From the NCBI GenBank assembly GCA_950097015.1, contig CATNEN010000031.1, positions 186,001 through 250,000 on the forward strand: a stretch of DNA of 64,000 nucleotides. The letters run 5' to 3'. Below, one piece after another: positions 54,001 through 63,543 of this stretch. This DNA is from Macrostomum hystrix (lineage: Eukaryota; Animalia; Platyhelminthes). The notes beneath the pieces are model-generated. The model had not been told where the DNA came from. It searched no databases and saw only the letters and a program-made list of their open reading frames with translations. The position numbers and the translations under genes were made by a program. Every line of letters begins with the position of its first letter. Within the stretch, counting starts at the first letter, position 1.

Positions 54001-56927
54001 CACCCATCACCTCATCTCCCATCGCCTAATCTCTCATCGCATCATCTCCCATCGTCTCATCTCCCATCGCCTCATCTCCTATCGCCTGATTTCCCATCGC
54101 CTAATCTCCCATCGCCTCATCTCCCATCGCCTCATCTCCCATCGCCTGATCTCCCATCGCCTCATCTCCCGTCGCCACATCTCCTATCGCCTGATCTCCC
54201 ATCGCCTCATTTCTCATTGCCTCATCTCCCGTCGCCACATCTCCCATCGCCTGATCTCCCATCGCCTGATCTCCCATCGCCTCATCTCCCATCGCCTGAT
54301 CTCCCATCGCCTGATCTCCCATCGCCTGATCTCCCATCGGCTCATCTCCCGTTGCCTGATCTCCCATCGCCTGATCTCCCATCGCCTGATCTCCCATCGC
54401 CTCATCTCCGATCGCCTGATCTCCCATCGCCTGATCTCCCATTGCCTGATCTCCCATTGCCTGATCTCAAATCGCCTCAGTTCTTTTCAAATGTTAAAAA
54501 GCAAAATAATAATTCACAGTTGAAATTTCATTGCCTTTAGCGCAAAGGGCAGCCAGTTTTTTAGTAAGTACATTCTTCTCCGCCTACACTGAGAGGCCCG
54601 CAAATTTTATCAATTGAATTTTAACCCAGCCAACTCTGCCCTGCCCATTGTACGCACTTCAATATTGAACAAATCAGACCCCTCAATAGAAATAACTCGC
54701 GGCACCCTCTCTCCGCCAATACACAGGGACAGTTAGAATGTGCGTACGGCCAACTCTCCGCCCCATTTTCAAACCGACTGCCAACCCTCCACTGGAGAGA
54801 AAATACACTAAACAGATAGGCACAAAATGTTGACGCAACTCATTTAATCGAGGCCAATTTCATCACAGCGGGAAGGACATTTGCCTACTATATACTACTT
54901 AATAGCCTTTCTGCTTTTTTGAGGATCATAAAATTTGAAATTTCAGAAATAAAATAGCCTATAGCCTTCCTCGGAAAATTTCCCATTTTCCCATATAAGT
55001 TTCAACGCTGAGTTGCCAGTATTCTAGGAGGAGATGTCGAACTGACAGACACACACACACACAGACAAACAACACGTGAAAATTAGTATATTTACGAGCT
55101 AAACTCCTCCTCCGGAGGAGGTTGAGGGGAGAGAACTCCCATCGCCACATCTCCCATCGCCACATCTCCCATCGCCACATCTCCCATCGCCATCGCCTGA
55201 TTTCCCATCGCCTCATCTCCCATCGCCTCATCTCCCATTGCCTCATCTCCCATCGCCTCATCTCCCATCGCCTCATCTCCCATCGCCTCATCTCCCATCG
55301 CCTAATCTCCCATCGCCTCATCTCCCATCGCCTAATCTCCCATCGCCTAATCTCCCATCGCCTGATCTCCCATTGCCTGATCTCCCATCGCCTCATCTCC
55401 CATCGCCTAATCTCCCATCGGCTGATCTCCCATCGGCTGATCTCCCATCGCCTCATCTCCCATCGCCTGATCTCCCATCGCCTCATCTCCCATCGCCTCA
55501 TCTCCCATCGCCTCGTCTCCCATCGCCTCATCTCCCATCGCCTCATCTCCCATCGTCTCATCTCCCATCGCCTCATCTCCCATCGCCTAATCTCCCATCG
55601 CCTCATCTCCCATCGCCTAATCTCCCATCGCCTAATCTCACATCGCCACATCTCCCATCGCCACATCTCCCATCGCCATCGCCTGATTTCCCATCGCCTC
55701 ATCTCCCATCGCCTCATCTCCCATCGCCTAATCTCCCATCGCCTCATCTCCCATCGCCTCATCTCCCATCGCCTAATCTCCCATCGCCTCATCTCCCATC
55801 GCCTCATCTCCCATCGCCTCATCTCCCATCGCCTCATCTCCCATCGCCTCATCTCCCATCGCCTCATCTCCCATCGCCTCATCTCCCATCGCCTCATCTC
55901 CCATCGCCTAATCTCCCATCGCCTGATCTCCCATCGCCTGATCTCCCATCGCCTAATCTCCCATCGCCTAATCTCCCATCGCCTAATCTCCCATCGGCTC
56001 ATCTCCCATCGCCTCGTCTCCCATCGCCTCATCTCCCATCGCCTCATCTCCCATCGCCACATCTCCCATCGCCATCGCCTGATTTCCCATCGCCTCATCT
56101 CCCATCGCCTGATCTCCCATCGCCTAATCTCCCGTCGCCACATCTCCCATTGCCTGATCTCCCATCGCCTAATCTCCCATCGGCTGATCTCCCATCGGCT
56201 GATCTCCCATCGCCTCATCTCCAATCGCCTGATCTCCCATCGCCTAATCTCCCATCGCCTCATCTCCCATCGCCTAATCTCCCATCGCCTGATCTCCCAT
56301 TGCCTGATCTCCCATGGCCTCATCTCCCATCGCGGCTCCGATCGCCTGATCTCAAATCGACTCGGTTCTTTTCAAATGATAAGAGCAAAAGCACAATTCA
56401 CAGCTGAAATTTCATTGCCTTTAGCGCAAAGGGCAGCCAGTTTTTTTAGTAAGTACATTCTTCTCCGCCTACACTGAGAGGCCCGCAAATTAAAAAATTA
56501 TATTTTAACCCAGCCAACTCTGCCCTGCCCATTGTACGCACTTCAATATTGAACAAATCAGACCCCTCAATAGAAATAAATCGCGGCACCCTCTCTCCGC
56601 CAATACACAGGGACAGTTAGAATGTGCGTACGGCCACCTCTCCGCCCCATTTTCAAACCGACTGCCAACCCTCCACTGGAGAGAAAATACACTAAACAGA
56701 TAGGCACAAAATGTTGACGCAACTCATTTAATCGAGGCCAATTTCATCACAGCGGGAAGGACATTTGCCTACTATATACTACTTAATAGCCTTTCTGCTT
56801 TTTTGAGGATCATAGAATTTGAAATTTCAGAATTAAAATAGCCTATAGCCTTCCTCGGAAAATTTCCCATTTTCCCATATAAGTTTCAACGCTGAGTTGC
56901 CAGTATTCTAGGAGGAGATGTCGAACT

Positions 56928-56968
<41 letters not shown>
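56928..56968. repeat. (CA)n / (CAGA)n microsatellite about 25 bp inside each Helitron 5' end (longest example)
   Basis: Present in every unit, e.g. 7896-7930, 12830-12853, 20678-20720 and 51040-51078. Copy number varies. Confidence 0.85.
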
Positions 56969-56971
<3 letters not shown>

Positions 56972-58853
56972 ACACGTGAAAATTAGTATATTTAGAGAGA
57001 GACGAGAAGATAGAGAGAGGAAGAAGAAAACATACAAACATACAAGATTTTCATTTTTAGTATATAAGAAGATTTTCATTTTTAGTATATTAGAAGAAGT
57101 TTAGGTTCGAATAAAAATAAAAGAAATAGATCGAGGGAACATTTGCGATAGGTAAATCAAGTAACTAGGCAATGATCTATTTGGGCACTGAGCCATGGTG
57201 TTAAAAGTGGTTAGAACATGGGTATTTTGAATTTAGCATTCAGCATCTTGGTAATTGCAAAGTGGGGTTAAAAGAGAGATAGAAATAGAAGTAGAAAAAA
57301 ATATTTTTACAGTTTGTGTAAAAACAATATTTTAAGTATAAATATTTCTGTAATTTTATAGAAAATTTTATATTTCGGTAGAATAATGATAATTTGCGTC
57401 TTTTAGTTCGATGCGCAAATTACTCTACTAGCAGTAGTCGGCTTTACGAAAAGTATGCTTTCCGCTAGAATACGTCAGGATATTGTGAGTATAAATATCG
57501 GAGTCTTAATTACAGGTGTATCTAACCAATGAGACGAAGTTAAGCCGATATACTGGCCCAGTGTTTGTGGTTCACTGGTACCTGTGGTAGCTTGTATAAG
57601 CAGCTTCAGGGAACGTCCCACGTCTCGGTGCGATGATGACATCTAGAAGTCTGACCCAAAGGATTACCTGGATGGCTTAGTGTCTAGTGCCGGGACTTGT
57701 TATTATTTTTTCCACTTTTTGCCAAACTAAAGAGCAAGCGCAACATGAGATAAACTGCTGCAGATGTTGGGTGCTGTGTGGTGATTGTTTTTTGGTTTCT
57801 GTTGCAGCAACAGCTGCCTCTTTTTAGTTTGTCCTGCCTGGACCCCTGGGCGCTGGTGTAGCAGCAGCGATTCTCCTCTCCAGGATTTCCCAGAGGTGGT
57901 GTAGGACAGGCATTCTGGACCCCGGGTTTATCCTAATCGGATCAGGGCGCCTCTCTAGGTTGTGGATTTTAGCCTTGCAGGCTTTAAGGAGCCAGCGGGT
58001 CCCTAGATCATCAATCCTGTTCGCTACCAGGGGCATCTGGGCATGCTCATGCAAGTAGCTGGTGGAGATGTAGGATGGGATCCCATAGAAGATTCTGAGG
58101 GCAATGTTTTGAATTTTCTGAAGGTCACTCTTGTTTCCCAGGCTTAGGATTGTTAGAATGGGTGCTCCATATGTCATGGTGCTCTCCACGTAAGCCTGGT
58201 ATAGCATTTTCAGAGTGTCGCTCTTCAGATTGGTCTTTTTTGAAATCTTGCTAAGGCACATCACCTGCGCTCTGCAAGTGTTGATTTGTGATTTCACGTG
58301 CTCATTAAGTCTCAGGTTAGTGTCCAGCTTTATGCCGAGGAACTTAACTACATCGCAGTTTTGAATTTGCACAGTTCCCAGGTGGAGTTGGGGCCGTTTG
58401 TCCTGGCACCCTACCCTGGGTTTGTTGCAATTGAAGGTTATGGCCTGGCTTTTTCCGGCATTGATTTTGATGCCCTGCACGCCGCACCATTTATGGACTT
58501 CATCCAGGTAGCGCTGCAGGTTTTTCCTGAGCTTAACGAAACCTTCCGTCGACGCCCAGATTGCCATGTCGTCGGCGAACTGGCTTCGTTCTACTCCAGG
58601 TGTTTTTGGGGTTGGCATGGTGCTCACAAGAGCAGATAGAGGAGTGGGCTGATGACTCCACCCTGGGGGACGCCAGCCAATTGAGTTTAAACGACTGGCT
58701 GAGGGCTAAGTTAACCCTCACTAGGACCAACCTGTTCCAGATGGCTTTTTAGCTTCCGCGCAATGATTTTTTCAAAAACTTTGCCTAGGCAGGATGTTAG
58801 GCTGATTGGTCTGTATGAGTTTGGGTCATCTGGGGGTTTGTTAGGCTTTGGTA

Positions 58854-59986
58854 CACCTTTTCCCGTTCAATTTCAACAAATCTGCGCTGCAATTTAGACA
58901 ACTTGACATTCATTTTCGACACTCTATTTTTATACCGTCAGTTGGACGTTCAAATTAGACAAAGCTGACTTCAATTTAAACAGCAGATATTCGATTTAGA
59001 CAGTGGATATTCAATCTAAACACTTCCTCATTGAGAGCGATTTGTCTATGGTAAAAATTCTAGTTCTGAGACAAAGCACATATTCAATTTAGACACGCTC
59101 AGCTTCAGACCCTTAAATTGCTTTCCTGTCGCCTCTGCTTCTGACTTTCGGAGAGAGAATTGGAGAGACTAATGTACATTCTGTAAGATACATGTACTCA
59201 GTTTATTGTCTATGGTAAGATTGAAAACCGAGATTAAGACTGTAAAGGAAAATGATTTCTGGCCTTGTGGCATTGAGTATGCCGTCGTCCCTTTGATGTT
59301 CATCAATGCCGCCAAATGCAGGAAGTCCTCGCCGTTGTTATGAGCATCCAGCAGGCGCGCTCGATCCTGATTCGTGATTCGCACGTACGGGCCGCGGCCA
59401 TCAACGTCGCTTCCGGTCGCTTCTGACTCAGACTCTGACTCCGGTCCGTTCACCTCTTCCTCCATGTTCGTGCGTTAGATTACAGATAGACAGATATTCT
59501 TCACGAAAGAAGCAATTCTCAGAAGTAGCCTTCACTCTTGTTTAACGACCGCCGTTTTATGTGCTAAATTCAATGCCACAAGGCCAGAAATCATTTTCCT
59601 TTACAGTCTCAATCTCGGTTTTCAATCTTACCATAGACAATAAACTGAGTACATGTATCTTACAGAATGTACATTAGTCTCTCCAATTCTCTCTCCGAAA
59701 GTCAGAAGCAGAGGCGACAGGAAAGCAAGGGTCTGAAGCTGAGCGTGTCTAAATTAAATGATGATTGTCTAAATTGAATATGTGCTTTGCCTCAGAACTA
59801 GAATTTTACCATAGACAAATCGCTCTCAATGAGGAAGTGTTTAAATTGAATATCTGCTGTTTAAATTGAAGTCAGCTTTGTCTAATTTGAACGTCCAACT
59901 GAAGGTATAAAATTAGAGTGTCGAAAATGAATGTCAAGTTGTCTAAATTGCAGCGCAGATTTGTTGAAATTGAACGGGAAAAGGTG
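58854..59986. mobile_element. Non-autonomous foldback DNA transposon (probably IS630-Tc1-mariner) with about 420-bp TIRs and a TA TSD
   Basis: Termini CACCTTTTCCCGTTCAA...TTGAACGGGAAAAGGTG are flanked by TA (58852-58853, 59987-59988). Removing the element restores the RT frame atg-cTA-cca (M-L-P-K-P). The inverted arms are 58854-59276 and 59570-59986. Confidence 0.9.
59277..59465 (-). pseudogene. Truncated N-terminal HTH-like remnant of a putative transposase
   Basis: YVRITNQDRARLLDAHNNGEDFLHLAALMNIKGTTAYS looks like a Tc1/IS630-type DNA-binding HTH start. The frame then runs into the TIR. Confidence 0.5.
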
Positions 59987-61576
59987 TAGCATCACTACTA
60001 CTGCCTTTTTCCAGGGGCTGGGAAAGTGGCCTTGTTCAAAACAGGCGTTGAACAGACTGGTTATACGGGTCACTGAGACGTGTTTGAGACCACGTTTGAG
60101 GGCACTCTTGGGGATCTTGTCGAGCCCTGGGGCACTATCCTCCCTCAGGTGGGCAAGCTCCCAAGTGACGTCCTCGAACTTGATTGGTGCCTCTAAGGGG
60201 AGCAGTGGAATCCTGCTGTCCGGCTTAGAGGGATAGAGCAGCCTGAGCTGGGAGTATTTGTTAACCGTCTCAGCATAATCAGGGCTGGTGGTCGGGACAG
60301 GGCGCATCTTGGCATCCAGCGACTCCGCAAGAATATTTGCCTTGTCTTGGTCGGTAAAGGCCTTTATGGACCCAGAGGTCAGGGTGGGTATGGTGTTACC
60401 CTTCTTCTGTCCCATTAGAACCTTTATATCCCGCCAAAAGTTTTTGACTTCTTGATTTTCACTTTTTTCAACCAGTTTCTCGCACATTTTAGTGTGTTTA
60501 CGCTGTTTGAAATTTTCGATATCTTTGCGGATTTGTTTGGTCAGCCTATTTGCACTGATCCGGTACGAATCCTCTCTAGAACTGTGAAAGAGTCTGCGGA
60601 GCTTCCTCCTCTCCTTGATTTTGTCCACGATGTAGAGTGGTAGGGGTGAGATCCGTTTCCTCAGAGGAACTGCATACGCAATCGCTCCCTGGATGGCCTC
60701 GGTTAGATATCCTGCCTCAGCATCTAGATCCTGCGGGGTTTCCAAGGGAGGGACCCAGGGATCCAGGAGCTTTTGGCTAATGTGGGATTTGAAGGCATCC
60801 CAGTTTGCTTTAGTATAATTTCTGGGGGCATCTTGATCATTCAGAAGGGGAGACTTAAGTCCCAAGGTGACTATGATTGGAAGGTGGTCACTATCCAGGT
60901 CCTGCCCTACGCAGAAGTTGGTGATGAGGGGGACGAGTGCCTCTGAGGCTAGTCCAAGATCCAGCACGTTCCGTGAGATCACTCCCCCCTTGCTTGCAAT
61001 TCTTGTGAAGTCCCCTACCTGGTTTAGAACGGTTGGGGTTGGTTCATCTGAGCAGAGCCAGTCGTAGAGTTGCTGACCCGCTCTATTACTCCTACTTTCT
61101 CCCCCCAGGAAGCCGTGCCTGGCATTTAAGTCACCAAGGACCAGGCTGTGCCTATGAGAGAAGAGGGATCGGAGAAAGTCAATGTTCAAGTGATCTGTAG
61201 CCGGTGACCTGTAGACAAGCGAGAGACGGATGGAAGGACTGCTGTCTTCGCACGGATCAACTGTGCAGGTGAGTGCCTCATGATTGTTGTCAGTAAGAAT
61301 ATTAACACCAGAGACCTTAATGCGCTGTGAGTGAGCAAGTAAGAGACCCCGCTTTGAATCCGGGATGTCAAATCTAACCAGGGAGTACCCCGGGATTGAG
61401 CAAGGTTGGGTATTTTTTAGGATCGTTTCCGAGAAGAGTGCAATATCAATTTCATTCTCCTGGATCCATTGTGTAAGTTCTTTGATTTTAGGTTTAATTC
61501 CTCGGCAATTTAAGTGGGAGATTTTCACTCCTGAGACTTGTTGTTCTTGGTTGTCCGTGTTTTGCCTACCGAACAT

Positions 61577-63543
61577 TTAAGCTATATCAATGCAGTGGCC
61601 TTCCGGTGCCCCGCGCAAGCTGCTCGAGACCGCCCTGTCCATCGCATAGAGCAGCATTGACTGCGTACTCTCTAGAGAGGCCAGGGGGTCCTGAGGAGCC
61701 TGCAGGAAAACCATGAGGACCTCTGCTAGGGCGCGCGAGAGAGCAGTGACCAGCCCACTCACCTGTTTCTTGATCTCCTCAGCTACAACATCGGCAGTAC
61801 GGCGTGGAGCGGGCGGTTGAGCAAGGTTCGCGGCGATCTGAGTGACCGGGCGCCACTGGCCAGGCGGCTCGGGTACATTTGGCCAGAGCGTGCTCTTCAT
61901 TGTCCGGCAAGCCAGGTTGGCCTAGTCGTCAGCCTCATCGCCTTCCGGCTTCTCAACGTCCTCCAGGACGGACTGGAGTTGCGAGGTCGGCGGTGCAACC
62001 GCCTTTGGAACTGTGGCCGCTGCTGCTGCTGTGAGTGCCGCTGCCGCCTGAAGCTTGGCCGCCTCTTCGGTCGCCCGTTGGTGCTCGGCGGATGCGACTT
62101 TGCAGGCCTTGCTAGTTGTGCGGTGGCGCTCGCAGCAGTTGGCGCACAGCGGGTCAGCAGTGTAGCTGGTGAAGGCATGCGGCCCAGCGCAAATGCGGCA
62201 TTTCTGGACACTCTGGCAGCCCGATGATCGGTGACCAAACGCCTGGCAGCGCTGGCATTGTACTGCTCGCATCGGGCGGGCCGATTTGCTGTGCTCACAG
62301 CTAAAGGACATGAAGTCCGTCCTGATGCCGTGCTGGACGCAGCTGTCGGCGTCTCCTGGTAAGGACAGAAGACACGCAGCATCTGTGTCGGCTTGCCGGT
62401 AGTTTTGGCTACTATGCGGTGTGCGCTGGAGAGTTTCAGGTGCATGTCTTCCCGCATCACTCGGACGAACTCCGCCGGCTTGACATTAAGTGGCACGTCA
62501 CGGACGACGAAGCTGGGCTCGTTACGGCGCTGCCCGGCTTGGGCTGGAGCTGCACTGGATGTCATCGGTTGCCTGGCTACTGCTAGACGCCGCGACACCT
62601 GCTGTTCTAGGAGCAGCGGATTCCTGAGCACGCCCTGAAGGAATGTGTTAACGTCCCTCGGCGCCTCTGGGAATACGAGGTAGCTGTTATTTCCTGTTGA
62701 GCGGACATTTACGGCCCTCGCGTTGCCCTGGAAATTTGATTGTAGCCAGGAGACAAAGAGCAGCTGGTCGTTCGCTGCCTTCGGCGCCACAGTGAACACC
62801 ACAGGCGGAATTGCCGCTAGGGCCCACTGGCGGACTGGCTGATCGGTCGCCCACCTCGTCGCCAGGTAGGCGAACGACGGTGGCGCCTTCGGAACCGTTG
62901 AGACCTCTGGTGCTGCCTCTACCACCGCCGCCGCCGCCGCCGCCGCTGCCGCGGTGGCTGAGGTGTCTGAGGTGTCAGACGTCGCTTCAGCCGTTGCCTT
63001 TGCTAGGGGACTCTTGACGCCGAGAGGCTCTTCTGCTTGGCGCTTACGGTTACGGTTGTCCTTTAGCTCCGCGGTGACACGGAATGTTAGCGACACTCGG
63101 GCTCCCTGCTGCGCATGCACCGCTGGCACGGCGTGTTGCATCTTGCGCTGGCAGGCTCCGGCCATGGTGATCAACGAGCCAGGCAGCGTGTCGAACTTAT
63201 AAATGACGTTATGGGTGCGCTTGTCCCGCAAGCAGAACGTCCTGGAGGCGCCGAACGACACCGTGGCGATGGTCGGATTTGTCCCTAGCTCCGGCTCATC
63301 TTCAGAGTGGTAAGGAATATTGTCATCAGCGTCTTGATAAAAGTTGACCAGACAGCTGTTGAATATTGGAAAGTCAATGCCCGACTCATCCACCAGGTAG
63401 TCGCGAATCGCTAGCAGCGTCGGGTGCCAGTCGTTGTTCGCAGCTAGAGCGACTCCTGAGTAGGAGTATGCGGGGCCAATCCAGTGGTCAAGCCTTCTCT
63501 CGCTAGGTCGGTGCCGGATGGCCTTGGGCAGTAGCTCAGCCAT
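61577..63543 (-). pseudogene. LINE ORF1: N-terminal AlkB-like dioxygenase + Gag-like region + zinc knuckles; frameshift at ~62370 and in-frame TAG at 61922-61924
   Basis: The 63543 frame gives AlkB and then FVVRDVP...QMLRVF. The shifted frame gives CQRCQAFGHRSSGC, CRICAGPH and CANCCERHRTTSKAC and continues past a TAG to TAA at 61577. Confidence 0.82.
63075..63543 (-). other. AlkB-family 2OG-Fe(II) dioxygenase domain (ALKBH2/ALKBH3-like)
   Basis: YSYSG; FNSCLVNFYQD..D.IPYHSEDE; IATVSFGASRTF; LPGSLITMAG..Q...QHAVP; RVSLTFR. This gives the Hx(D/E)...H iron triad and the RxxxxxR 2-oxoglutarate motif. Confidence 0.9.

Larger units (their letters stand above)
12881..57002 (-). mobile_element. Tandem array of 22 short non-autonomous Helitron derivatives (about 1.0-3.8 kb each)
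   Basis: The junction motif ttagtatattt..cgagctaaactcctcctccggaggagg has its CGAG at 12881, 16654, 18777, 20757, 22170, 23854, 26171, 28278, 29810, 31917, 33292, 35377, 36355, 38268, 40186, 43309, 44993, 47310, 49417, 51107, 52643 and 55095; the last 5' end is at about 57002. Each unit has a 0.6-1.15 kb arm homologous to 6813-7958 / 12290-12880, a 15-bp minisatellite and an approximately 40-bp 3' end. Confidence 0.88.
57824..61576 (-). pseudogene. LINE ORF2 (AP endonuclease-reverse transcriptase), disrupted
   Basis: APE motifs: HLNCRGI, IALFSET, LVYRSP, GDLNARH, LDLGL, SDHLPI. RT motifs: APGLD, WKKAVVVML|PKP, SYRPISLTSCLGKVFEKII, GVPQGGVISPLLY, FADD. It is interrupted by an insertion at 58854-59986, lacks the RT motif-A region (junction ~58745), and has frameshifts at ~58675 and ~58635. 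Confidence 0.9.

Noticed and set aside
12814-56477. Very long ORFs (MRRWE)n, (ISHRL)n, (PHLPS)n and (MGDEA)n, up to 1065 aa
   Set aside because: They are translations of a 15-bp minisatellite in several overlapping frames on both strands, with no domain content.
12881-57002. CRISPR-like repeat/spacer appearance
   Set aside because: There are no unique spacers and no cas genes; the context is eukaryotic and intron-containing.
60870-61530. AP endonuclease as part of a Helentron
   Set aside because: It is in frame with RT in LINE ORF2, more than 50 kb from RepHel. RepHel ends after the helicase, and the termini are of canonical Helitron type.
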